Below, one piece after another: positions 1 to 9,544 of a stretch of 64,000 nt of DNA. The notes beneath the pieces are model-generated. The model searched no databases. It saw nothing but the letters and a program-made list of their open reading frames with translations, and had not been told where the DNA came from. The DNA is from an uncultured Clostridia bacterium. GTDB taxonomy: Bacteria > Bacillota > Clostridia > Christensenellales > UBA1242. A program made the position numbers and the translations under genes. Position 1 is the stretch's first letter, and each line of letters opens with the position of its first letter. The stretch spans positions 668 to 64,667 of the forward strand of contig CANQWK010000007.1 in NCBI GenBank assembly GCA_947627545.1. Reading direction: 5' to 3'.

Positions 1-3000
1 GTGGTGGAGGCAAAAAAGAATTTGACGAAGCCAAAATTAGTGTAGGCTCAGTTTCTCAGGTAGAATATGATGGAAATTCGCATATTTTTACCGTTTCTTA
101 TAAAGATGTAAAGGATTTAACAGTTACATATTCTCAAGCCAGAAATGGAACATTTGTTTCTGCCGCAAATTTAGGTTTGGTAGATGCTGGTGATTATGAA
201 ATTTATTATAAATTGTCTGCAGACGGCTATGAAGCTTATGTTTCGGAAACCCCTGTAAGCTTTTCTATAACAAAAAGGCTTTATGATTTTAAATATTCAT
301 CATCAAATTATACTTTTAACGTAAATAACGATTTTGATGAACATGCTGTAATTTCTTATAATGATAATTCAATTGCAAGGGACCATATTGTTCCTACTTA
401 CAACATTCATAGCAACAAAGATGGTAATTTAAAATTACCAACTAAAAAAGAAGAATTGGAAAACTTAGCCAATGAAGAATATAAAATTGAATTAGTTGGC
501 ATTGATGGCGATGGCGTTAACAACTATGAATTTTCAACTGAAAACGGATACGAAACCGCAAATTTAAAATTAATAGATAATGTGCTTATGACTCATAATG
601 GTAAAGAAACCTATTATCACACTTTAAAAGAAGCAATTAATAATGCCGAAGATAACGATGTTATTCAATTAAATGCAGATGTTGAAGTTGATGATGTAAT
701 TGAGTTTGAACACAGCATAAAAATAATAGGTAATGGTCATAAAATAACAGTTTCTAATGAATATGAGCCTACTTTTGCAGATGACACGGACAGCCGATAT
801 ATTTTCTTAAACAAATTTGACATAACATTAACTTTACAAAACATTGTTATAGACGGTGGCAACAAAGTAACATGTATAAAAATGAGCAATGGTAAACTTA
901 TTCTTGCAGACAAAGCTAAAATAACCAATGGCAAAAGATGTGTTGTAGGTCTAGAAACAGTAAGAGAAGTTGATAAATTGGTTGGTGGAGTTTACATAAC
1001 CGGAACTTCACAATTAGAAATGAAAGGCGGAGAAATTTCTGGCAATTCAAACGCCGAAGAACAATTAACCAATAATTATTTACAATATGCAAGCGATTTG
1101 TGGATTGGTTCTCAAGCTAGTGCTACAATTGAAGCAGGCAAAATTGGCAATATGTTTATAAATTCAAATTCTAGCAAATTTGAAGATGCGCAAACAATTG
1201 TTAAGGGCGGTGCAGAAATTACAAATGCTTATGTGGAATTTGATACAAACAATCAAGCTAAATTAGTAGTTGAAAACAATAATTTAATTCAAAACATTAT
1301 TGTTAAAATTGGCAATGGTGATACTGCCGAAAATTACATTACATATTCTAATAATCAGGCTGTTAAAGGAGAATATTATGGCGGAGTTGGTTTAAAATCA
1401 ATTACTATTAATGATGTTGTTTATAGAGATTTGCAAACCGCTATTGATAACGCACAAGATAATGCAATTATAACCCTTTACAATAACATTGAAGTTAAAG
1501 AACAAATTAATGTTCCAGCTAACAAAAAATTTACAATTAAATCGGTTGAAGATAAATTATATTCGATTACGGCAGCAAACGATTTTGTAGGCGACACAAT
1601 TTTAAAAGTTAAAAATGTTTCCGGCGTAGAAATTACCTTACAAGATGTTACGATTGATGGCAATAACAAAGCCGCATGCGTTTATGTTGATAATGCAAAA
1701 TTAACATTAAAATCAGGCACTAGCATAACAAATGGCATTACAATTGTAAATTTAGGCGATAGTTCCTTTGAAGAAATTGACAACCCTCAAAAATTAAATG
1801 GCGGAGTTTATGTAACCGGAACTTCTACTTTCTTAATGGAAGGCGGCACAATTGCCGATAATAGCAATGCGGTTAACAACGGCGCTATGTTTGGCGAAGA
1901 TAATTATTATAAATTTGCAAAAGATTTATGGCTAGGCAGCCAAGTTAATGCAACAATAAGCGGCGGATATGTAGAAAATGTTTGGGTAAATGCAAACAGC
2001 AAACAATTGCCAGAACGCACGGTTGAAATTAAAGATAGTGCAATTGTAGAGAATGCTTATCTTGAATATTACTGGGATAATGGCAAACCTTATGCAGCAA
2101 CTTTACAATACACACATAGTTCAACCGAAACTAACATTCAAGATAGCGGCTTAAAAAATCTTCATTTATCATTGGCTTACGAACAAGATGAAATAGAAAA
2201 TAAAACATATTTTACAGTTGAAAATCCTGCAATTAATAATTATACAGGCGGCATTGTAGCCGAAGTTAAAGCAGTTGTAAAAGAAGGTTTTGAAGTTCCA
2301 GAAAAGGATAAGAAAAACTTGCAAACCTTATATTTAAACATGGAAACACTTAACCTATATTTTGGAAGTGCAGATATTAGTTCACAAGATACGCCTGAAT
2401 TTTTAGAGGCTATGAAAATAACATTGCTTGCTAATTTGCAATTTTCAGCAACAACTGTAATTAAATTTAACACTATTATTGATGGTGCAGACCATATTAT
2501 TAAGGCAGTTACAGGCGAGAATGGTGAATTTGCCGCAGTTACCGAAGGAACATACGAAGGCGGTGAACATCAACAATTACCAAATAGGTCTTTGTTCATG
2601 ATACCTTATGGAGAAAATTACAAAAATATAACTATAACTTTAAATAATCTTACTTTAGACGGCAACGGAATTGCACGAGGCATATCTGCTTATAAAGGTC
2701 AATTTAATTTAAACAGTGTTACAATTCAAAACGGCAAAGATAATGATAGCTCATGGAGTGGCGGTGCGTTTATTACTAGCGATGCAAAATTAAATTTAAA
2801 CAATTGCACAATAAACACTAATGTTGAATATAACGAACAAACTGAAACTGAAAAATATGAAGCTAACCCTTATGATGCAGAATATATATCTGACTTATGG
2901 GTTGGTGCTAATGCCTTTGTTAATGTTGAATCTAGCACAATTGGCGGTGTTTGGGTAAACGCAAATAAATTTTCTGCAAACAACCCAGGCAAATTAACTT

Positions 3001-3986
3001 TAACAAGTGGAACAATTGATAGGTTATGGCTTGAATATGACAAAAATGAACAAGGCGAATATTTTGGTGCAGTGCTTGAATTTGTAGATGGAGCAATAAA
3101 TAAATTGGCAATTGCACAAGATAGCACAAATGTAGAACCTGCAATAATAAATAATCCGGTAAAAGGTAACTATGTTGGCGGTGCTAACGCCTTTTACACA
3201 AAAGAAGATGAAACAGTTGTTTATGATAAATTAGAAAAATTAGCAGGTATTGATGGCGTAACATCAATAGAAATTATAGCAAATGCCACTGTTAGCAAAG
3301 CAATAATTGTTGAAGGCAAAGAATTAACAATTTCTTCTAAAACTGAAAACCTTGTTGTTAAAGCAAATTCCGCTTTTACAAAAGAAACTTTAAATGATAA
3401 AGAATTGGCTACAATTTTCTATGTTAAACAAGGTGCAACTTTAACAATTAACAATTTGGAATTAAAAGGTGGCAATGTTGCTAGAGCAATTTCTTCTTTT
3501 GATGCAACCATAAATTTAACAGATGTTAAAGTTACTAATGGATTAAGAAACGACAATTATCGTTCAGGTGGAGTATTCCTTACTGGCTATTCAACTGCAA
3601 ACTTTAATAATTGTGAAATATCAGAAAATAGTTATTTAGATGGCGAAAATCAAAATTTGACTTATTCTGCTGATATGTGGATTGGCTCGCAAGCTACAGC
3701 AATAATTAACGGCGGAACTGTAAGCAATGTTTTTGTAAATGCAAATGAGTATAGCACTGGTGAAACAAATTTAACAATAAAAGGGAATGCTGAAATTACC
3801 GCTATGTGGGTAGAATATGACCAACAAAATGGTGCTCACGTAACCTTAGAAAGCGGAACAATTGAAACTTGCTATGTTGCTCAAGGTAATGATAATTCTT
3901 CATATTGGACAACATCCGATTTAACAGTGCAAGATTCTGACCCTAAAACAATAACCGGCGGAAATGACCCTACTACAATGGAATAA
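1..3986 (+). CDS. Giant secreted repeat protein, 5'-truncated by the window edge; YDG/MBG-like N-terminal segment followed by four divergent predicted parallel beta-helix modules
   Basis: The frame of track ORF 177..3986 stays open back to base 3 (GGGKKEFDEAKISVGSVSQVEYDGNSH...), so the true start lies upstream of the window. A GG(V/A)(Y/F)xT(G/S)...N(S/T)N...(L/M)W(I/L/V)G(S/A)(Q/N)..A.I..G.....(F/W)(I/V)N(S/A)N pattern recurs four times. A hairpin terminator follows the stop. Confidence 0.75.
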   Translation, partial: GGGKKEFDEAKISVGSVSQVEYDGNSHIFTVSYKDVKDLTVTYSQARNGTFVSAANLGLVDAGDYEIYYKLSADGYEAYVSETPVSFSITKRLYDFKYSSSNYTFNVNNDFDEHAVISYNDNSIARDHIVPTYNIHSNKDGNLKLPTKKEELENLANEEYKIELVGIDGDGVNNYEFSTENGYETANLKLIDNVLMTHNGKETYYHTLKEAINNAEDNDVIQLNADVEVDDVIEFEHSIKIIGNGHKITVSNEYEPTFADDTDSRYIFLNKFDITLTLQNIVIDGGNKVTCIKMSNGKLILADKAKITNGKRCVVGLETVREVDKLVGGVYITGTSQLEMKGGEISGNSNAEEQLTNNYLQYASDLWIGSQASATIEAGKIGNMFINSNSSKFEDAQTIVKGGAEITNAYVEFDTNNQAKLVVENNNLIQNIIVKIGNGDTAENYITYSNNQAVKGEYYGGVGLKSITINDVVYRDLQTAIDNAQDNAIITLYNNIEVKEQINVPANKKFTIKSVEDKLYSITAANDFVGDTILKVKNVSGVEITLQDVTIDGNNKAACVYVDNAKLTLKSGTSITNGITIVNLGDSSFEEIDNPQKLNGGVYVTGTSTFLMEGGTIADNSNAVNNGAMFGEDNYYKFAKDLWLGSQVNATISGGYVENVWVNANSKQLPERTVEIKDSAIVENAYLEYYWDNGKPYAATLQYTHSSTETNIQDSGLKNLHLSLAYEQDEIENKTYFTVENPAINNYTGGIVAEVKAVVKEGFEVPEKDKKNLQTLYLNMETLNLYFGSADISSQDTPEFLEAMKITLLANLQFSATTVIKFNTIIDGADHIIKAVTGENGEFAAVTEGTYEGGEHQQLPNRSLFMIPYGENYKNITITLNNLTLDGNGIARGISAYKGQFNLNSVTIQNGKDNDSSWSGGAFITSDAKLNLNNCTINTNVEYNEQTETEKYEANPYDAEYISDLWVGANAFVNVESSTIGGVWVNANKFSANNPGKLTLTSGTIDRLWLEYDKNEQGEYFGAVLEFVDGAINKLAIAQDSTNVEPAIINNPVKGNYVGGANAFYTKEDETVVYDKLEKLAGIDGVTSIEIIANATVSKAIIVEGKELTISSKTENLVVKANSAFTKETLNDKELATIFYVKQGATLTINNLELKGGNVARAISSFDATINLTDVKVTNGLRNDNYRSGGVFLTGYSTANFNNCEISENSYLDGENQNLTYSADMWIGSQATAIINGGTVSNVFVNANEYSTGETNLTIKGNAEITAMWVEYDQQNGAHVTLESGTIETCYVAQGNDNSSYWTTSDLTVQDSDPKTITGGNDPTTME

Positions 3987-3990
3987 AAAA

Positions 3991-4016
3991 ACTTCTGCAT
4001 TGCAGAAGTTTTTTTA
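3991..4016 (+). terminator. Rho-independent terminator of the giant exoprotein gene
   Basis: Palindrome acttctgca/tgcagaagt (3991-4009) followed by a T7 run, 5 nt after the TAA stop. Confidence 0.8.
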
Positions 4017-4157
4017 TTAACCTTAAAATTTTAAATTAGTATGAAATAGTTAAAAATTTTAAACTAAAACAAATAAAAATTAACTAAATAATTAAACTTA
4101 AAAAATCAATTTTAAAACTTAAAAACTTAAAACAATAAAAACCTAAATTTAGGTTAT

Positions 4158-4361
4158 TTAAATATCTTGTAAACCTAATAAATAATCGGTTGAAACGGAA
4201 AAATATTTTGCCATTTTAACCAAATTTATTATATCAGGGTAACTTTTGCCAAGTTCCCAAAGCGAAATTGTGTCCTGCGTTGAAGATATTATTTTTGCAA
4301 GTTGGCTTTGAGTTAAACCTTTGTCCTTTCTCAATTCTTTAATTCTTTTACCTATTTCCAT
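4158..4361 (-). CDS. XRE/Cro-C1 family helix-turn-helix transcriptional regulator (67 aa)
   Basis: IKELRKDKGLTQSQLAKIISSTQDTISLWELGK is a classic HTH_3 pattern. Hairpin aacctaa/ttaggtt (4140-4155) lies just after the stop. Confidence 0.8.
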   Translation of the reverse strand: MEIGKRIKELRKDKGLTQSQLAKIISSTQDTISLWELGKSYPDIINLVKMAKYFSVSTDYLLGLQDI

Positions 4362-4415
4362 ATTTTTATTTTACGAATTAAATTCATATATAAATTGTTT
4401 TACGCAAAATTCTCG

Positions 4416-4441
4416 TTGACAATATTTGACAAATATCGACA
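4416..4441. promoter_or_regulatory. Three T(T/C)GACA hexamers at exact 10-bp spacing, upstream of the XRE gene (candidate operator array)
   Basis: TTGACA 4416-4421, TTGACA 4426-4431 and TCGACA 4436-4441, each followed by A/T-rich (A)ATAT. Confidence 0.4.
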
Positions 4442-4564
4442 TTTACTATTTATAAATTGTTAATGTTAATAAAACAAATTTTTTAAAGCATTGTTTTTAT
4501 TTAATAAACATACTTCATTATTAGATATATTAAAAAATTTATTTGCGTTTATAAATTAATTTTT

Positions 4565-5362
4565 TTAAAAGAAAATTAAAATAGCAAGGCTTAAGATTAT
4601 TAAATATATTGAAAAATAAAACAATTTATTTTTGTTTAACAGTTTAAGCATAATTTTTATAGACAAAATGCCAAAAACAAACGATGTTAACATAACAGTA
4701 AAAATGCCTATCCAGTTTATTGTTATTTGAGCGGAAAACAATTTAAAACTTTCATAAACGGCACTGGCGAGTATAATTGGTATGCTCATTAAAAAACTAA
4801 AATCAACCGCTTGCTGTTTTTCTACCCCCATAAGCAAGCCGCAAACTAAAGTTGAGCCGCTGCGTGAAATTCCAGGTAGTAAGGCAAGCCCTTGAGCCAA
4901 CCCCATGCCAATAGCAGTTTTTTTATTAATTGACTTTTTGCCGCTAGACTTAAAATCGGCAATTACAAGCAAAACGGCGGAAATTAAAAAGCCCCAAATT
5001 AATGTTTTAGTAGAAAAACTTTGTTCAAAAAATTTGTTAAATAACAAAACTAATATTATGGTTGGAATGGTGGCTATAATTAAATTTGTGTAAAGTGTGG
5101 TGTTGCTATTTTTTTGCGGTTTTCTTCGCTTTAAAATTGAATTTATGTCATGCCCAAATTGGCAAAACAATTCTTTTAATTGTCTCCTAAAACAAAAAAT
5201 AACCGCAAAAAGTGTGCCAATGTGTGCCACCACACTTAGTAAGAGCAGGTTGTCCAACTCAAAAAATGAGCCAAACAACACAATATGTCCACTTGACGAA
5301 ATTGGCAAAAACTCAGTTATGCCTTGAATAAAACCAATAAAAATGTATTTTAAAATATTCAC
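4565..5362 (-). CDS. uppP: Undecaprenyl-diphosphate phosphatase (UppP/BacA)
   Basis: N-terminal GITEFLPISSSGH signature; 265 aa with about 8 hydrophobic segments; PGISRSGST second motif. Confidence 0.9.
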   Translation of the reverse strand: MNILKYIFIGFIQGITEFLPISSSGHIVLFGSFFELDNLLLLSVVAHIGTLFAVIFCFRRQLKELFCQFGHDINSILKRRKPQKNSNTTLYTNLIIATIPTIILVLLFNKFFEQSFSTKTLIWGFLISAVLLVIADFKSSGKKSINKKTAIGMGLAQGLALLPGISRSGSTLVCGLLMGVEKQQAVDFSFLMSIPIILASAVYESFKLFSAQITINWIGIFTVMLTSFVFGILSIKIMLKLLNKNKLFYFSIYLIILSLAILIFF

Positions 5363-5478
5363 AATATATTATATTTTTTCTTTTTAAAATTATTAAAAAA
5401 AAATATAAAAAAGCAAAATTTTTAATTAAAATTTAAATAATGAAATTAGCTGTCGATAATTTAATTTATTGCTAAATA

Positions 5479-5507
5479 GTTGAAATTTTTTAAAATTTAA
5501 TATATAA
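5479..5507 (+). promoter_or_regulatory. Sigma-70-type promoter for ychF
   Basis: TTGAAA (5479-5484), 17-nt spacer, TATAAT (5502-5507); about 25 nt upstream of SD aaaagga and the ATG at 5533. Confidence 0.6.
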
Positions 5508-5532
5508 TGTTTAAGTATTTAAAAGGAAAATT

Positions 5533-6627
5533 ATGAAACTAGGAGTTGTAGGCTTGCCAAATGTTGGCAAAAGCACTTTGTTTAATGCTATAACAAAGGC
5601 AGGGGCAGAAAGTGCAAATTATCCTTTCTGCACAATAGAGCCAAATGTTGGCGTAGTTGATGTGGCAGATGAAAGGCTAAATAAACTTGCAAAACTTTAT
5701 AATACCAATAAAATTATTCCTGCTCAAATTGAGTTTGTGGATATAGCAGGTCTTGTTAAAGGTGCAAGCGAAGGTGCAGGGCTTGGCAACAAATTTTTAA
5801 GCCATATTAAAGAAGTTGATGCTATTGTTCATGTGGTGCGAGTTTTTAAAAATGATAAAATCATTCATGTCGATGGCAGTGTTGACCCCATTAGAGATAT
5901 TCAAACTATAAATTTGGAGTTAATTTTAGCGGACATAGAAAGTGTTACAAAGCGAATAGATAAAGTGAAAAAACAAGTTCATGGCGGAGCGGCTGATATA
6001 AATACTCAAAAGGAATATGAACTTTTAAACAAAATTTTGGAACTTTTAAAGCAAGAAAAACCTGCAAGATTGTTGCAAGTTAGCGCCGAAGATAAAAAAA
6101 TTGTTGATGGCTTCTTTTTAATAACATCAAAGCCAATTATTTATGTTGCTAACACAAGTGATGAACTAGACAATTTTCAATTGGAAAACATAGAGAAAAT
6201 AAAGCAAATTGCGTCAACAGAAAATGCCGAAGTTATTTCGCTATGTGCAAAAACGGAAGAGGAATTAATTAACATGCCAGCCGAAGATAGACAAATGTTT
6301 ATGCAAGAGTTAGGCATTGATAGTTCAGGGCTAGATAAACTTATTGTTGCAAGTTATCACTTGTTAGGTTTAATTAGTTACATTACCGCCGGCGAAAAAG
6401 AAGTGCATGCGTGGACAATTAAAAAAGGCACACTTGCTCCACAGGCGGCAGGCAAAATTCACACTGATTTTGAACGTGGTTTTATTAGAGCAGAAGTTGT
6501 TAAATATGACGATTTAATATCGCTTGGAGATTACAACGCTTGTAAAGAAAAGGGCAAAATTATAAGTGCAGGCAAAGATTATGTTGTTCAAGACGGCGAT
6601 ATAATAGTATTTAAATTTAATGTTTAA
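5533..6627 (+). CDS. ychF: Ribosome-binding ATPase YchF
   Basis: G1 motif GLPNVGKST; 364 aa; C-terminal TGS-like IHTDFERGFIRAEV segment typical of YchF/OLA1. Confidence 0.92.
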   Translation: MKLGVVGLPNVGKSTLFNAITKAGAESANYPFCTIEPNVGVVDVADERLNKLAKLYNTNKIIPAQIEFVDIAGLVKGASEGAGLGNKFLSHIKEVDAIVHVVRVFKNDKIIHVDGSVDPIRDIQTINLELILADIESVTKRIDKVKKQVHGGAADINTQKEYELLNKILELLKQEKPARLLQVSAEDKKIVDGFFLITSKPIIYVANTSDELDNFQLENIEKIKQIASTENAEVISLCAKTEEELINMPAEDRQMFMQELGIDSSGLDKLIVASYHLLGLISYITAGEKEVHAWTIKKGTLAPQAAGKIHTDFERGFIRAEVVKYDDLISLGDYNACKEKGKIISAGKDYVVQDGDIIVFKFNV

Positions 6628-6788
6628 ACGACATAATAAAATAGTACAAATTGCAAAATTTAATATTTTTTTAACAAAAAGACAAAATTAACATAACATA
6701 GAAAAATGTTAAAAATGCTTAAATTAACATAATGTTTAAACAAAATTATAAAAAATGATTAATAATAATTTATTAAAATTTGATAATT

Positions 6789-7316
6789 ATGAAAAAGAAA
6801 AAACAAATTTTTAACAAAGGTAAAAAAATTAGAAATATACAAATAGATGCCAAAATACATTTAAGAATTTTGGCGATACTTTTAATTTTGTTTAATTTGT
6901 TTTTGTTTGTTTGTGCGGTAAGTATGGCGGTAATGCTAAATGTTTGGTATGTTTGGGTTCTTGACATTGTGTTAGTTACCTTTTGCTTGGTTAAAAGTAT
7001 AGTAACATATTTAAAAGGAGTTAAGCAATTTGGCTATGCTCTTTATGAAAATTGTATTTATTTAGATTCAATTTTATATGATAGTTCAATAGTAGAATAT
7101 CAACTTATAAAAAACATAAAGTTTAAAACCGGCATATTAGATAAGCTTTTTGGTAAAAAAACATATACGGTAACGCTATATTTAAATGACGAAATTCAAA
7201 CAAAGGTAAATTTATATTTGATAAAAGAGGACCCTGATAAATTATTTGAAGAAATTTTGCAGCATTGTCAATTGTCGTTTAACAATTTAAACAAAACCGA
7301 AATAGAAAAAAAATAA
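6789..7316 (+). CDS. Membrane protein with bacterial PH (bPH_2, YdbS/YdbT-like) domain
   Basis: Two N-terminal TM helices, then YENCIYLDS...VEYQLIKNIKFKTGILDKLFGKKTYTVTLY, which resembles the bPH_2 pattern. I prefer the ATG at 6789 over the track's TTG at 6780. Confidence 0.55.
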   Translation: MKKKKQIFNKGKKIRNIQIDAKIHLRILAILLILFNLFLFVCAVSMAVMLNVWYVWVLDIVLVTFCLVKSIVTYLKGVKQFGYALYENCIYLDSILYDSSIVEYQLIKNIKFKTGILDKLFGKKTYTVTLYLNDEIQTKVNLYLIKEDPDKLFEEILQHCQLSFNNLNKTEIEKK

Positions 7317-7350
7317 GCTTTTTGGCTTATTTTTTTTTAGCATTAATAAG

Positions 7351-8577
7351 TTATTTAACTTTTATTAAAAGATAATTTTTTTTGCCTTTTTTAAACAATA
7401 TTCCGTCTTTTAACGATTTTTTGTTTATTAACATAGTTGCATCAGTTATGGTTTTGCCGTCCATAGATAATCCATTTTGCTCTATAAGCCTACGCGCTTC
7501 GCCTTTTGATGCAACAAATTTTGCTGTTAACAACAGGTCTAGCACTCCAATTTGGTTAGTTTCAATTTGTAATTCAACCGTTGGAGCATTGGTTTTGTCC
7601 GTAGTGTTGCCAAATAAATTGTTGCTCATTTCTTCCGCTTGTTTTGCGTCTGCTTCGCCTCGTATAAATTTTGTTATTTCGTAAGCTAAACGCTTTTTGC
7701 TAACTACAATATCTTTCGCTATCATGCTGCGAATGTCTTGCATTGGAATGTCGGTAAACAAAGCAAACATCATTTCAACACAAGCGTCAGGCGTTTGATA
7801 CACTCCCTGATAAAAATCGTAAGCAGAAATTTTGTCATTGTCAATCCAAATTGCACCTTTTTCGGTTTTGCCCATTTTTTTGCCCTCTGGGGTAAGCAAA
7901 AGTGGGTTGGTTGCACCTATCATTATGCGATTTTTGTTATCTAAAAAATTCATTTTTCTGCCAAGTTCTACACCTGCAACAATGTTTCCCCATTGGTCCG
8001 CTCCGCCATATTGAAGAGTACAATTATAATTTTTGTTTAAATATAAAAAATCGTAAGCCTGCATTAACATATAACCCATTTCAAAAAAGGTTAATCCGCC
8101 TTCTTCTAGCCGCTTTGAATAAATTTCATTAGTTATCATTTTATTTACATTAAAATGCACTCCTACATCACGCATAAAATTTACATAATCATAGCCTTTA
8201 TACCAATCGGCATTATTAACAATAATGGCAGGATTATCTCCGTCAAAACGCAAAAATTTAGAATAACCACGTTTTATTCCTTCAATGTTTTTTTCAAGTT
8301 GTTGTTGACTTAACATTGGGCGTAAGTCGGTTTTGCCAGATGGGTCACCAATTGCAGCAGTAGCTCCGCCAACAAGCACAATAACTTTATGCCCTGCCTG
8401 TTGAAAACGCCTTAAAATTGCACATGGCACACAATGACCAATATGCATGCTGTCGGCAGTTGGGTCGGTGCCAGAATATATTGTTATTTGTTTTTTTGCT
8501 AACAATTTTTTTAATCCGTCTTCATCGGTTGTTTGATAAAGCAAATTTCGTTCTTTTAAAGTTTCAAATAATCCCAT
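7351..8577 (-). CDS. tyrS: Tyrosine--tRNA ligase
   Basis: HIGH motif (SMHIGHCVP), KMSKS-type motif (KKMGKT) and a C-terminal S4-like domain (GEARRLIEQNGLSMDG); 408 aa. Confidence 0.93.
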   Translation of the reverse strand: MGLFETLKERNLLYQTTDEDGLKKLLAKKQITIYSGTDPTADSMHIGHCVPCAILRRFQQAGHKVIVLVGGATAAIGDPSGKTDLRPMLSQQQLEKNIEGIKRGYSKFLRFDGDNPAIIVNNADWYKGYDYVNFMRDVGVHFNVNKMITNEIYSKRLEEGGLTFFEMGYMLMQAYDFLYLNKNYNCTLQYGGADQWGNIVAGVELGRKMNFLDNKNRIMIGATNPLLLTPEGKKMGKTEKGAIWIDNDKISAYDFYQGVYQTPDACVEMMFALFTDIPMQDIRSMIAKDIVVSKKRLAYEITKFIRGEADAKQAEEMSNNLFGNTTDKTNAPTVELQIETNQIGVLDLLLTAKFVASKGEARRLIEQNGLSMDGKTITDATMLINKKSLKDGILFKKGKKNYLLIKVK

Positions 8578-8650
8578 AATAATCCTTTTTATTTTTTAAA
8601 TTTTTATAAATATTTTTTAATTTTTCAATTTTTTTATTAATTTTTTTGTA

Positions 8651-8742
8651 ATTTTTTATTAATTTTTTGAATTTTTAATTATTTTTTATTAATTTTTTAG
8701 AATTTTTAATTATTTTTTATTAATTTTTTAGAATTTTTTATT
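8651..8742. repeat. Tandem 30/31-bp A/T repeat (3 copies) with three T-tracts per unit, directly upstream of tyrS
   Basis: attttttattaattttttgaatttttaatt (8651-8680), attttttattaattttttagaatttttaatt (8681-8711), and a third copy from 8712. T-tract starts are at 8682, 8693, 8703, 8713, 8724 and 8734. Confidence 0.85.
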
Positions 8743-8764
8743 TAAATTTTGCATTAAATTTAAT

Positions 8765-9544
8765 TTATCTTTTTCCCCAAGCAGTTGAAACCCAGCCTTT
8801 AATTAAATCTCCATCAATAATATATTTTTCAACTAATTTGTCGGTTCCATTATAAATAACGCGTTCAATAACTGTATTTTCTTGCACAAGCGGTTTTATT
8901 GTTTTGTTTACAAAAGGCAGTAAAGATAGCATAACCAAAATAAAGTTAAAAGACAAAATAATAACGGCGGCTTTTAATGCTCCAAAAATTGCTCCAAAAA
9001 TTTTGTTTAATGTGCCAAAAACGGCATTGCTTGTTATTTTATTTAACAATTTTGTTAATAAGAAAACTGCAAGTTTAAGCACAACAAACACCAATATTGC
9101 AGCAATAACAATCATTACAATTTTACCAATGCAAGTACCAACAATGGTTGAAACACTGCTTGTTTCTATTGCAACATCAACTGTTGCATTTTTAAAAATA
9201 ACCTTTATAAGTTGAGCAAGCATTCCGTTTGTTCCTGCTGGAATTGCGGCTATTAGTTCATCTTTGTTTTCATAGCCAAACGAATTTATTGGATTTTTAA
9301 AATAATCTCCTTGACCATTTAGTGCGCTGGCAATTTTTCGGCCAATTAGGTTAGAAAAATTGTATATTCCATTTATCCAATTAGCCACATATTTAGCCAA
9401 CATAATGGCAACTATAGCGCACACCACCCAACTAAAAAATGCCAAAATAGATTTAAAAAACCCTTTTTTAAAACCAATTATTGCGGCAATACCTAACGCA
9501 GATAAAATTATTATATCTAAAACTATTCCAATGGTTGAAAGCAT
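8765..9544 (-). CDS. cvpA: CvpA family membrane protein
   Basis: N-terminal LDIIILSALGIAAIIGFKKGFFKSIL pattern and 4-5 TM segments typical of colicin V production protein family; 259 aa. Confidence 0.7.
   Translation of the reverse strand: MLSTIGIVLDIIILSALGIAAIIGFKKGFFKSILAFFSWVVCAIVAIMLAKYVANWINGIYNFSNLIGRKIASALNGQGDYFKNPINSFGYENKDELIAAIPAGTNGMLAQLIKVIFKNATVDVAIETSSVSTIVGTCIGKIVMIVIAAILVFVVLKLAVFLLTKLLNKITSNAVFGTLNKIFGAIFGALKAAVIILSFNFILVMLSLLPFVNKTIKPLVQENTVIERVIYNGTDKLVEKYIIDGDLIKGWVSTAWGKR

Noticed and set aside
6773-6967. 64-aa minus-strand ORF overlapping the start of the bPH-domain gene.
   Set aside because: It is antisense to a better-supported gene, has no SD, and its hydrophobic product mirrors the TM-coding strand.
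8581-8764. Regularly spaced ~31-bp repeats here, and similar A/T repeats at 36566-37032, looked superficially like a CRISPR array.
   Set aside because: The units are contiguous with no unique spacers, consist only of A and T, and have no palindromic repeat core or nearby cas genes. I interpret them as phased A/T-tract tandem repeats instead.
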